Shown piece by piece: positions 39,507 to 52,803 of a stretch of 64,000 nucleotides of DNA. Within the stretch, counting starts at the first letter, position 1, and every line of letters starts with the position of its first letter. The translations under genes were made by a program, and so were the position numbers. The notes below the pieces were generated by a model that saw only the letters and a list, made by a program, of their open reading frames with translations, was not told the DNA's origin and searched no databases. The stretch covers positions 65,158,907 through 65,222,906 of the forward strand of contig NC_068991.1 in assembly GCF_001194135.2 (NCBI RefSeq), written 5' to 3'. Origin of the DNA: Octopus bimaculoides. Lineage: Eukaryota.

Positions 39507-39727
39507 TTAACCCTTTAGCATTTAAACGAGCCATATCAGGCCAAAATATTCTACTTGTTTCATGTTCAACCTGGCCACATCCACCCTCTCACACCTACCC
39601 TACATTCTAAAACTAAACAGTCACATCATCAAAGCCTCAAAGCCACATGTTAATACATGGTAAATTCAAAACAATGAATAAATAAGTATTATATCTGACA
39701 GAGTAATCTGAATGCTAAAGGACATAA
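39507..39727. mobile_element. piggyBac-type MITE; further copies at about 37695-37900, 17977-18120 and 38587-38732
   Basis: TTAA|CCCTTTAGCATT at one end and AATGCTAAAGG at the other; shared interior AAAACAAGTAGAATATTTTGG and GCTTTGAGATTTCAATGAT. Confidence 0.75.
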
Positions 39728-40637
39728 CCAATAGAACACTGCATTAAATAAGATATTAGACGTACCCCAATTTCAACAGCACATATTTAGGAAAAAAAAA
39801 GGTTTTATTGCCTTAAAGCATGTAATATAGGTCCAATTTCACATATAGGACCTTGGGTGATTCTGAGATTTGTTTTGATTTTTAAAAATTTTTGTGGGGG
39901 TAGTGCCTTTTATGCCACAGAATATGGTAATTCCTCTTTCAGGTACAATCTCATTAAGTTCAGCAAGTTACTGTGTTCAATAGAACACTAAGTATTTCCT
40001 CCTTTTTAATACAAGAATCCAATTCTATTTCAGGGCCAATAGTAAATCAACAATTGTCTTCTCATAGTACCAACATCAGATCAACAATTGTTTTCTTACA
40101 CGACCAATAACAAGTCAACCAATAACATCATACTTGAAGATAAAACCAAATCCAAACCTTTTTTTCTCTTTTTTTTAATCTAAGCCTTGCAGTCAATGGG
40201 TGATATGTGCGTACAACTTTACCCTGGAATTTTGGTGTAATTAATTAACAATTATTTTCATAACCTTAATCAATTAAGATTTTCATAAAAATGTCTAATG
40301 AGTAAAATGATATTTCCTCACAGATTTTCAATGTTTCTCAACATTAAAATAGAGCCATTCTTTACTGACCCAGGTTTGATAGAAAATACAGATTACTACC
40401 CCTTCACCCAACTTCTAGATGAGGAGTGTATTAGTAATTATAATAGAACATAGTCACAACAGTATTACTACACAAATTGAAATAGTAATCAACCTACATC
40501 ATACCCTCTCCACATGACTCTACATGTCACACTCTTTGTATATCTCTACATCTTACCCTGTTCAGGTACCCCTACACCTTACCTTGTATTAGTACCTTTA
40601 TACCTGACATCCTGTCTACACCTTAGACTGTCTAGAT

Positions 40638-40825
40638 CAGTGGATCTCAACCTTTATAAATAATCTGAGCCAGATCCCAAACCTGGATGGGGGGGGGGCA
40701 CACCAAATAAGTAAAAAACACAAGTCAAAGAAAAATTTATATTTGTAGGGGAAAGACCATCAAGGGCCACCAAGAATATGCTTGAGGGCTGCATATGGCT
40801 CACTGGGCCACAACTGAAAACCACC
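40638..40825. mobile_element. hAT (Charlie-like) MITE; a similar element at about 29227-29480 and a fragment at about 48100-48160
   Basis: CAGTGG.TCTCAACC terminus, degenerate ..TTGAAAACCAC. opposite end, and CTAG-centred flanks (GTCTAGAT / GGCTAGTA). Confidence 0.65.
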
Positions 40826-42211
40826 AGGCTAGTAGAACATCCATCTGTAGACTATTCTATTTCACATTACTATAGTTCCACTACAAAGGTAAGCTGGTGT
40901 AATGTATTTAAAGCAGTGAACTAAATGTTCGTGAGAGCAAATCCACAGGCAGAATTCTTTATTCTGTTGGGTTGTCAAATAATTTCATTTGCTTTTTGCG
41001 TTTTTCTTTTCCAATTATTTAAATTCTTTCCAATGTTATTTAACATGAAAAATATTTTTATTATAGTGATAAACGGGGTTTTTTTTTTGTTCTTTATTTT
41101 AGTTCTATTCTTCCTCTACAACTTTTGCTTATTGTTTTTGAAATTTGGATAAATTTTACCTCTTTTCAGACAAATGATGGGGGAGTGGCAAGAAATAGAA
41201 TTTAAAAAAACAACAACCAAATTTCTGTAACAACTTAATATATTATCTCAATTGACCCACATACCATTGCTTTGAAATTATGAGGTGTGTGGAAGTCATT
41301 TGTGGCCTCATATTTTTCCACATTAGCCCCATTATATGCAAGTTAAACCCTGCCAGATAGACACCTTACTTTGATCAAAAGAGAGATGGAGTGAAGAGGA
41401 ATAGAAGTGTGCAACCTTATACATACTGTTGTCCAGAAACTCCACAATGACTACACATAATCAAAACCAATATTCCAGGTAAACTTATCCCCCAGACCAT
41501 ACATTTTTCATACAGAACACAAAAGAACCCCTACTAACAGTATAACAGCAATAATAAAAACCAAAACTTCCTCTCCCCCACGAACACTTCCTCCTCCCCA
41601 TTAGTCTCGTGCCACCCATTAACCTACCTAACCTTCTTCTATCTTTCTCCCATTTGATGCCTTACCGCCCCACATTCAACCAATGATCAGTGAAGTAAGG
41701 TTTTCCTCAATGCTAATCTCATTAACTTCCCTTCCTTACATCCCGTCCTAAAGTAAATATCATAAAGAGACTTTCAAGATTCTTGTAGATTCTTCAAAGA
41801 TTCTTCAAGTTCTCTCTCTCTCTCTCTCTACTTGCTTCACTTACCCAATGATGGCACCCTATAAAAGCTGACAAATATATCACAAGTTTGGAATTCCCTG
41901 TTAAGACAAGGTAAGGGATGACAGAAAGGTAGAGGAGAAAAAAAAGGGAGATCCATATGTTAGCAATTAGCTGTTTTACACCTTCCACTCGGTATTTTCT
42001 GCTCCATTTATAGGCAGACTAATTCAAAAGTCACTGACTTATCTCATGCCCTTAAAATCTTTTAGTTAAAAGTTTCCAGAAGAAATAAATGAAAAGGAAA
42101 AAGTGTTAACACGTGTATGTGCATGTCAGTGTGTATATATAGCACATACATACCTATACATATGCATAAGAATGTATGTGTAAAAAAGCTGCATGCATTT
42201 CTCTTTAAGTA

Positions 42212-42265
<54 letters not shown>

Positions 42266-45200
42266 ATGCGCACACACACACCTACACAACATATACATAT
42301 ATACAAACACAAAATTACAGAGTGTTTGTGAAGATATACAAAACATAAGTGAAATAAAGTGGGCACTTACTGTTTAGAAAAAAATGGAAATACACCTTTA
42401 AATACAGATGCATTCAAACACACACACACACACACAAAAAAAAAAGAAAAGAAAAGAAAAAGCTCATATACACATCTGTCCATCCACAATCACACATATA
42501 CTCCCACAGAATTAAATTAACCCAATCAAATGTGTTTGTTATGAATCCATATAATATGTTTTATATATATATATATATATATCATCATCATTTAACATCC
42601 ACTTTCCATGCTGGCATAGGTTGGGCAGTTTGACTGAGGGCTGACGAACCAGAAGGCTGCACCAGGCTCCAATCTGAGACATATATATATATATATAAGG
42701 GCAGGCATGGGTGTGTGGTAAGAAGTTTGCTTCCCAGCCATATGGTTCCAGGTTCAGTCTCACGGTATGGCACCTTGGGTGAGTGTCTTCTATACCCTCA
42801 AGCTGACCAAAGCCTTGTGAATGGATTTGGTAGATGGAAACTGAAAGAAGCACATTGTGTGTGTGTGTCCACCACCATCACCACTTGACAACTGGTGTTG
42901 GTATGTTTACATTCTCTTACCTTCACAGTTCAACAAAAGAGACCAATAGAATAAATACCAGGCTTTAAGAAAAAAAAGTACTGGGTCGATTCAGTCAACT
43001 AAAGATTCTTTAAGGCAGTGCTCTAGCATGGCCACAGATTGAAACAAGTAAAAGATAGATTATATATATGTGCATGCATGAAAACAGAGTCTAATTACAT
43101 GACCTATGTGGAGAGACAGAATATAATACAAGAGTGCGTGTGGTGTGTGTATGTGTGAGAGAGAGTGTGTGTTTGTGTGTGAGTGTGTGTGTGTGTGTGT
43201 GTGCGTGTGTGTGTGTGTTAGAGACAGACAGACAGATAGACAGACAGAAGGGAAAGAAACGGCTAGCAGGCAGATAGATATCATCTGTCACTTGGTTTAA
43301 CATCTACCATTGAGCTGCTTGGATGCCCTTAATAGGGTCCACTCTGCTGGAAACATTCCGGACAGATCTATGAACCCAATGACTCAGGATAACTTTCTCT
43401 TTCCTATATGAGTCTTGTAGACCCTACAAAAAGGTCATGACATTATTTTTCCTCCTCTGGTTAAGCCATAAAAAGTAATTTTTTTAAAATGTATTTGAGT
43501 GTGTGTACATATATGCATTTATGTATACATGTGTGTGTGTGTGTGTATATAATGTGTGAGAGGGTATGCACACATGAATGGTTGTGTGGTTATGTGCATA
43601 CACAGTGAACGAACTGTGATGTTGTAAATGCTTAGAGAAGGATCAGTTCAGTTAAAGGCAACAGAGAGGTACTCAAGGCATTTCTATTCTTTACCAGACT
43701 TGTTGAAATCAATATGGTTGATGTTCAGCTTGGAATTTTTAAGTGTCTATGCGTAAAACTTGGTCAAAGAAGGAATTTCTGAAGGTTACGGTTCCGAGAA
43801 GGAACAATTGAGAAAATTATTTAGTTGAGTACCCACCGATGGAATAGGATGAAACACAAGAAGTGAGAATAAGAGAAGATATGGAAGCACTGGATGTTTA
43901 GAGGAGTAGAGGTTGTTGTAATACTGGTGTATGGGGGTAGAACACTTAAGAAAAAAAAGAGAGAGAGAATGTGTGCATGTGTGTGTGTTTATAGTGTAAT
44001 TTTCACTGGTGTGTATACTATAGTGGTGTGTTTGAGAGTAAGAGATAGAACAGATTTTTGTACACTGAAACGGTGGAGAGCAAGGGGTGCTAGGAAACTG
44101 AAAATGTACTGATGAATCTTTCCTTTGTGGCATATCCATAAGTGGAGAAGTGGTAAGTGTATTGAAGGCTGAGCACTTGCTTCTGGAAACAGCCTCGGAA
44201 CAGCAGAGTTGGTTATGTTACTGTTTCTGCAATACTGTCAACCAACAACGAATAAGCTAACCAATCATATTGTACATTCTGAATTACTGAGGGCTGCCAC
44301 CAAGTACTGATGGTCAACCCTATCAAAGGCTCTGGATTAATCCAAATAAAACCACATACAGCAGTTATACACAACTATATCAAACTTTACAGTGCCCATT
44401 TACCAACTTTCACTTTCACTCACATGGTATTTTCTCAAGACATTTGTACAAGATGCTGTGCAGTAGACTAAAAACAGCAATTATGGTACAGCGGTAACTG
44501 GTATCCACTGAGGGATTTGAATTCAGAAAATACAATTTAAAAAAAGAAGTTAAGTTTTCGTCAAGCCCTTAATCCATTTCTCTACTGCTTCAGCCATTAC
44601 AATAAATCAAGTGGAAATAGCAATGATCCCATGAACTGCATAGTGACCTCAATAGTGCAAGTGGTATAGGAAAAAAAAACAAAAACACCCAGTCCAACTG
44701 TAAAGTGGTTGGTGTTAGGAAGGACATCCATCCATAAAAACCATGCCAAAACAGACACTGGAACTTGATGCAGTCTTTGGACACATTGGATCCTGTCAAA
44801 CCATCCGACCCATATCAGCATGGAACATGTATGTTAAATGATGATTTTCAACTGAGGCCCAATGCCACAAATTTGGAGAGGGTATACTCTATTATATTGA
44901 CTCCAGCATTTGACTTGTATTTTATTTCATCAACCTTCAAACACTGAAAGATCAAGCACAACTCAGGACATAACTAAATACCCCAAGGTATTATATCTGC
45001 AACTTAACCAAATCTACCAAGCAAATACTAATCATTCTTAATTATTATCATGCTAGTAATCACAACAAAAGTAATAATTTTTGGCATAGATTTTGGATGG
45101 CAAATATTGTGAGAGGAAAAAAAATCAGTCACACTGCTCCTTAGTATTTAACTGGTACTTATTTTTCATTTGTTAATTGCTTGGATAATCTCAGCTGCTT

Positions 45201-45884
45201 AGTTTTTCAATTCATAATACTATATATGTGAAGTGCAACCATAATTACATGCTAATACATTTTTCCTTCAGTCAACATTCTAATAACAACAAACATCAAG
45301 AATAGGGATGCTAAGAAAAGAAGCTGAGAGAGAATTGCTACAAGCAGTAGATAACAGACCAGCATTCTATTGAAGGAAAAACAGAAGACTGTTCTCTACA
45401 AATAATTCCTTTGCATCATACACACACACATTGCCTGAGGCAGTTTACTATAAGCAACAACAACTAAGTTAATCCTGCCTAATTGTAGACCACTGAGGTC
45501 TAAGAATCTATTTTATAGCACAGTTTATAGTGAAGCAGGTCATGGCAGGTTAGTGTGGCTTCTAAGATATGTTGTAGTTAGGATTAACTGCTGGTGTAAA
45601 CTATCAGAAGTACGAGTGTGAGATCAATAAGAACTGTAACAACAGGCTGTACTCCACTACTACCCACACACCTACTCATTCTACCTTTCTCTCTGCATGA
45701 ACGTTTCACATGTCTCTCTCCCTAAAACCCGTATCAAATACTTCAGGAGGTGCCTCCTTCAACTCCCTTCCTATCTCCCACATATGATGGTCTATTAAAC
45801 TCTAAATTCTGACTATTTATACTCCATACAGACCACACTGCTGATATCAGATATACAAGGAGTCTCAGCCATTGCAAATGATGA

Positions 45885-46292
45885 CAGGCATGGCTGTGTG
45901 GTAACGATGTTTGCTGCCCAACCACATGGTTCCTGGTTGAGTCTCATAGTGTGACACTTTGGGCAAGTCTCTTCCACTATAGCCTCAGGTCAACCAAAGC
46001 CTTGTGAGTGGATTTGGTAGATGGAAACTGAATGAAACTTATCATGTGTATGTGTTACTGTCTCCTTGCCTTGATATTTAATAGTTGTAAAAGAGTACAA
46101 CCATCATACAAACAGTATCCTTCACTTCCAATTTTTTGTGGAAACATGTCTGGCCATGGGGAAATATTGCTTTACTTGGAAAACAGGTGATGGTTGACAA
46201 CAGGAAGGGCATCCACTCATAGAAAATTTGCCTCAACAAATTCTGTCCGACCCATACCAGCATGGAAAAGTGCATGTTAAAACAATGATGAC
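45885..46292 (+). mobile_element. SINE group E: group-A head and body with an RTE-like tail (copies at about 13900-14110 -, 18172-18585 -, 20295-20705 -, 26865-27270 -, 30540-30950 -, and a split copy at 27715-28430 +)
   Basis: Same first ~150 nt as group A, then a different 3' half ending GTTGGCAACAGGAAGGGCATC...CCCATGC.AGCATGGAAAAGTG.ATGTTAAA(TGA)n, which resembles the RTE tail. Confidence 0.85.
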
Positions 46293-48767
46293 AATGATTA
46301 CTTGTTGTTATTGTTCAGCCCTAAGATCTAATGATCAAATTCATAACAGCTGTAACCATCAAGTTTTATTTTTAGACATAAGGTATCTAAGATTACATTA
46401 TCCATTGATGAGAAACCTACACTAACAACAGGTGTAAATTACTTCCTCACCTGAGCTAGAAGCCAAATACAGTGAGGACACAGGTTGGTAAGATATTTAA
46501 TGTTTAGCATAGTTTCTGCAGCTGATAGGATGGGATTTGTCCAGTTACCCAAGTTGTGAGCTACTACAATTCCTTCCTTGTTCAGGTACAAACGGTAACA
46601 GTAAAATGAATCAAAGACTGGCTCAGCTAGCAGGATGCCTTAGGTTAAAGATAGTTACATGATTAAAAAAAAACACACCTGCTGCAACATTTTTATTCAA
46701 AATCTCTCAAATTTATAGAACCTTTTAACACTTAAAAACATGAAGAAATGGTTCTGCAACCAAATATTCTCAATAATCCTATCAAACTTGAAGAATCATA
46801 ATTATGTTTTATGTTGAGCCATGTACTTTTCAAGGTATAACTACATAACAGAAACCCCCCAAAACGCACACAAACCTAAGAATACATCCCTTTTTCATGT
46901 GAGGAATGTTTAATCTCTATATCTTGTTATCTCCAAGCAAGAACACACACACTCGTACAAGAGAGGAAGAAAATAACAACAACCCAGATATAGACACAGA
47001 GAACAACACACCGAGAAAAAACAGAAAAGAAAGAAGACTGATCAGAGGGAGTTGAAGTGAAAAAAGATTAGGAAAGAAACGTTCATTCCAAAAAGAAGTC
47101 ATGCATAAAAAGAATCCAATGTGTCAACTCTATTCTTAGAGCAACAGCAACTTTGGTGGTAGTGGTAGTGACGGCAGTGGTGTGTGTGTGTGTATGAATG
47201 TTGAATAGTTGGCCAACATTGTTCAACAATCTACTGGTAGCTATCTCTACATAACTGCAAACTGCAATATTAAAAAGTTTACGTCACTGACTCCCAATAT
47301 GTTCTTGTATAATGCTGCTACACTTCAGAATACATCCAACACAACAGTGCTACTTCTCATTTTACATTTCTTTAACCATTTCATTACCATATTTCTATCA
47401 AAATACATTGCTTTCATTTCAATTAATTTTGAAAATAATTAAGGTGCAGGAGTAGCTGTGTGGTAAGTAGCTTGCTTACCAACCACATGGTTCCAGGTTC
47501 ATTCCCACTGTGTGGCACCTTGGGCAGCTGTCTTCTACTATAGCCTCGTGCTGACCAAAGCCTTGTGAATGGATTTGGTAGACGGAAACTGAATGAAGCC
47601 CGTCGTATATATGTATATATGTGTATATGTTTATGTCTGTTCTCCCAGCATCGCTTGACAGCCGAGTGTGGTGTGTCCCTGCAACTTAGCAGTTCGGCAA
47701 AAGAGTCTGATAGAATAAGTATTAGGCTTACATAGACTAAGTCCTGGAGTCGATTTGCTCGACTTAAGGCGGTGCTCCATCAAAACGGTTAAATAATTAT
47801 GCTTCAAGGTCATTCTGAAGCAGTTTATGAAATTCAATGAAGTGGATGGTTTCTTTTATAGTTGTCTAACTTTAATAATGTCATCTTTGTTTTATAGTTG
47901 GTCCGATTTATTTTTATTTTACATTCTCTGCAAGTGTCTTCCACTATAGCCTCAGGCCAACCAAAGCCTTGTGAGTGGATTTGGTAGATGGAAACTGAAT
48001 GAAGCCTATCATGTGTATGTGTTACTGTCTCCTTGCCTTGATATTTAATAGTTGTAAAAGAGTACAACCATGCAGTTACAGTTACAGAATGTTCTAGGGC
48101 AGTGGTTCCCAAACATTTTCAGGCTGTCGCTCCCTTGGTTCTAAGGTCACATTCCTTATTCCATTAGTCTCTTTTGCCAAACTGCTAAGTTACAGGGACA
48201 CAAACACACCAACACCAGTTGTCAAGCAGTGGTGGGTAGACAAACATGCAGTGGAACTGAACCTGAAACCATGTGGTTGGGAAGCAAGCTTCTTACCATA
48301 CAACCACACCTACTCCTTTATCATGTGGCAAACCAATACAGTTTACTACCTCTTTTTATGTAAATGCTGTTTGCTGACAAAGACCACTCCTCACCTTAAA
48401 TTCTGGTTATTATTTTTGTTGATCATCATCAAAAACTGACCTTCTGCATCTACCATGCCTGACCTTATTTCTCTAAGACATACAACCCAGTCCAAAACTT
48501 AAGATAATCTCTTTTCCACACCATACACTGACAGTTCCCCTCTATCTCTCTCTCTCTCCTAGTGCCTTACCTACAGGCATCAGAAATCATGGACCTTTAT
48601 ACCCAAGTCTGAAGATACATAATTCTTCATTGTCATCATTTAATGGCCATTCTCCATGCCGAGCAACACTTTGTGTAAGTAGAAGACTGCTATAGCCCAG
48701 GCCAACCAATGCCTTGCAAGTGAATTAGGTAGGTGGAAACTGTGTAGAAGCCAGTCATGTATATATG

Positions 48768-48818
<51 letters not shown>

Positions 48819-48852
48819 AAGGCGGACGTTAAACGATGATGATAATGATGAG

Positions 48853-49480
48853 CATCATCATCATTTAACATCTGCTCTCCATGCTGGCATGGGTTAGATG
48901 GCTTAACTGGAACTGGTAAGCTGGAGAGCTGCACCAGGTTCCAGTTTGATTTGGCATAATTTCTATGGCCAGATACCCTTCCTAATGCCAACCACTTCAA
49001 GAGTAATGGATGCTTTCTATGTGCCACCAGCACAGGTGCCATTTACATGACATTGGCAACGGCCATGACTACGGTTTCACTTGGCTTAACCATCAACTGC
49101 CACAACTACAGTTTCACTTGGCTTAACAAGTCTTCTCAGCACAGCATATGGCAAACAGTCTCGGTCTCTTGTCATCGCCTCTGTCACACCCACCATTCAT
49201 AGATCATGCGACCGGCAACAGTCACAATCATTATTTCACGAGTGCCATTTGCATGACACCTCCAATGACTACAACTACAATTTCACTTGATTTGACAAGT
49301 CATCTCAAGCACAGCATATCGTCAAAGGTCTTGGTCAACTGTCATCACCTCTGTGAGGCCCAACATTCGAAGATCATGCTTCACTACCTCATCCCATGTC
49401 TTCCTGGGTCTACCTCTTCCACAGATTCCCTCCACAGTTAGAGACCGAGAGATCAGCACTTCATTACACAGCTGTCCATA
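48853..49480 (-). mobile_element. RTE-clade LINE 3' fragment (ORF2 C-terminus, 3' UTR and (GAT)n tail)
   Basis: SRSLTVEGICGRGRPRKTWDEVVKHDLRMLGLTEVM matches the RTE C-terminal G.R.RGRPR..W motif. It continues into the same 3' UTR as the many short tail copies (TTGGCATTAGGAAGGG...CCCATGCCAGCATGG...TTAAATGATGATG). Confidence 0.9.
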
Positions 49481-49904
49481 TGCAAGATAGCTGTGGGTAG
49501 GCAGACAGATAGATAGATATTGCAAACATACTTAGAAGCACTGAGTGAGTCAGTACTCTATAGAAAATAAAGGAATTCTTGAACGCAGGTTGATTGTGAA
49601 CACAGCTTAGAAAATCAGGTAAAGACCCTTAGAAGATGGAAGTCTTGCATTCGAGAATTACTTTGTGTATGTGTGTGTGTTCGTGTGCATGCGTGTAAAT
49701 GTGTGTGTGTGTGTGTCACTGTGCTTATCCCTCCACTGCTTGACAACCAGTGTTGGTTAGTTCACACGTCCATAACTGAGTAATACAATAAAAGAGACTG
49801 ATGGAATAAGTATCAGACATTAAACGATGGGGAGGGGGGGGTAAGTACTGGCACCCCAGCTTGGCCACAGTCTAATGATTGAAACTAGTAAAAGATAAAG
49901 GAAA

Positions 49905-50180
49905 CTAACACTAACATGACAAGGACACAGTAATATGTTACAGCATATTTATCTAACCCATACTTTCACAATACAGATACAGTAATATGTTGTGTACACT
50001 TAGCTAAACTCCACACTAACATGTCATAGACACAGCAATATATCACTGCAAACATTTTATCTAACTTACAAACATGATACATATGTAGAAATATGTTATA
50101 CATACTTAATCTAATATATGTTGTGCATATTTATGTAACCCAGACTAACATGATAGAAAAGCTAAGATGTTGTTGTACAT
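49905..50180. repeat. Degenerate ~50-bp tandem repeat (CTAACATGA...ACACAGTAATATGTT...ATTTATCTAAC), about 5 units
   Basis: Recurrent CTAACATG, AGTAATATGTT and TTTATCTAAC motifs at roughly 50-bp spacing. Confidence 0.65.
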
Positions 50181-51623
50181 GCATGTAATTTTTACATGGA
50201 CAAAAAATAAATTTTGTTAAAGTGATTATGAAAATCTTGATTCAAATCAAGCCAGCAAAAGGAAAAAATAAGATAGGTGAAAAAAATATTTAGAAAGACA
50301 ATAACCATCAACATGAATAAAAGTGAGTAATGTGCAAGAAATTTTACACATTCTTCAACAATAACTATATAGCAAGTTTTTATTTTATTTCTACAGTTTT
50401 TTTTTGTTTTTGGTTGGGGTTTTTTTTCCCCCCATCTTAATAGGTAAGACTCCCGCCTGGAATAATGTAATTAAGTAATCTAAATTTTTATCTCTGCAAT
50501 AGACTTGCTGCTACAAAAATATACAAATGTTGATAGTAATCTAATTAACATGAAAGGTAAAAAAAAAAAAATACCCAACAAATGTACTGCCAAGTATACT
50601 AGCATTTAAAAAATTGTTATGTTCATAATTATAATGAATCACTCGTAACTTTGTCAAAAGAACATTAAACCAAAAAAAAGTGTGGCTATGAAAAATTGAA
50701 AAAAATATTAATCTAGCTTGCTCTTCAATCTTAGAGAGCAGTTTTAAGTTCCTTGTTAAATGTATTCACTGAAAGATTGATAATGTGCAAGATTGGAACG
50801 ATAAGATATAACATGAGGAGACTGATGATATCAAGATTATAAAAGAGCGATGCCTAGCTGGGCAGCAGTAACAATGATAAAAATAACAGTTTTTAAGTAC
50901 AAAAGTCTAGTGACATTCTGTAACCAGACTATCAAAAAACACAAAAACTCAGCATCACAGATAGAATCTATAATTTATTACAAACCATTAGAAACTAAAT
51001 ATTTTTTTAAAATCTTGAGTGAGTCTTTATCTTCATCCATCTGTCTAATGAAGACATAACCATTTAAATCTAAACACATAGGTGTGGAGACAAAAACATA
51101 ATTGGAATGAATATACAAGTCATTTCAAGTTGAATTTTTTTTTCCTTTTGTAAATGGTTTTGGCATGGACTGAGAATTACTTGGAGACTACAAACTTCGT
51201 AAGTTTTAGTTTGGATAGGGTGCTAGAATACTTGAAATGTAATCACAATAATAATGAGAATAATTCTCCTTACAATTTTTTTTCTTTCTTTTCTTTACCT
51301 GGAAAGAAAGTGGTTGATTATCTAAAGTGATAAGGTTTTATCATACGACACAAGTTACTATTAAGATGGAAAATAAGAGTAGGTTTCTGGAAGTTTGGCA
51401 ATGCTAAGTAGGTGAGATTTAGGCTTTTAGGAATGAGTCAAAGAATATGAGACATCAGATGAGATCCCATCTACTTTCTGTGGTACTCAAGAGGAAAGTA
51501 ACAAAAAAATAGATATAACGGTTAATTTTGAGAACAGGGAGATTATTTTTTAAGATAATCAGATTTTGCATGTAATAGAACTTACAATAGCATCACACAG
51601 CACTCATACATATCACAGAGAAA

Positions 51624-51654
<31 letters not shown>

Positions 51655-51676
51655 ACAGAAACAGTTAGTTACTCAC

Positions 51677-51797
51677 CTCTCCACTAACAAGATGTTTGCC
51701 ATCTCCAGAAAAAGCAACTGCAGTAATGGTTTTCTTGGAAGCATTGAAAATGTGAGATTGCTTGTTGCGACGTGGATAGAAGATGGTGATAACACAG
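51677..51797 (-). CDS. MAPKBP1: MAPKBP1/WDR62-family exon (121 nt): (G)[40 protein letters not shown]
   Basis: Acceptor ttcttccag|C, donor GAG|gtgagt; forms the C-terminal part of ORF-track entry 51665..52009; phase fits the upstream exon. Confidence 0.96.
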
Positions 51798-52769
51798 CTG
51801 GAAGAACAATAAACAAATATAATGATTAATAAATAAATATAATAATGAATAAATAAATGAAAATAATTTATTAATAAGTTAATAATGAAAATAATACTGA
51901 TTTCAAGTTTTGACACAATGCCAGCAATCTGGGGAAGGGGTAAGTCAATTACATCAACTCCAGTGCTCAACTGGTACTTATTAATCAACCCTGAAAGGAT
52001 GAAGGGCAAAGTGGACCTCGATGGAATTTGAACTCAGAATGTAAAGACAGACAAAATGTTGTTAAGCATTTTGCCCAGCATGCTAATGATTCTGTCAGCT
52101 CGCCACCTTCATAATGGTAATAATCGTTTCAGATTTTAGCACAAGGCCAGCAAGTACAGCAGTGGGGGTAACTCGATTACATCAACCCCAGTGTTCCACT
52201 TGTACATGGTTTCTGATTTAAGCACAAGACCAGCAAATTTGAGAGAGGGTATTTATTAGTCATAATTCATTAAGTTATATTCCCAAATACTTAGTAAGAA
52301 ACTGGTTATTTTACTAAATGTCTCCAAATTGTTGATTAATTTCAAAATTAATTGAAACCCGAAGACAAGAGTATTTCATTAGAAATCTCATCGCAAAAGG
52401 GTTATTCAAGTGTATAAAATTTAAGCTCTCATTCTGAAGTCTTGATATGAAGATATGCATACTGGCAGCAGCAGCCAAACTGGGTCTTTTAGCAAACAGA
52501 TAATTAATGAAAGTATAGTTTATATTGTCTGCTACTATGTCTAGTCTGCTAACAGCTATTTAGATAACCTTTGACATTACCCAACAATTGCTAACACTCA
52601 CTGTGAACCACAGAGACCTTAGTGTTTGTAATAGCAGTATGGGAATTACGGGTTAAGGAAGGACTTCTGAAGCTATTTTTCTAGAATGGAAAAAGACACT
52701 GGTGGAAATTTGTTTTCATAGTGAAATGCTCGGCAAAAAGTCAACCAAAATAATTTCTCTCTCTCTCTG

Positions 52770-52803
<34 letters not shown>

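Noticed and set aside
51798-52009. N-terminal part of ORF 51665..52009 as coding sequence
   Set aside because: It is a group B SINE plus AT-rich tail; the exon starts at the acceptor at 51797, which gives the correct phase.
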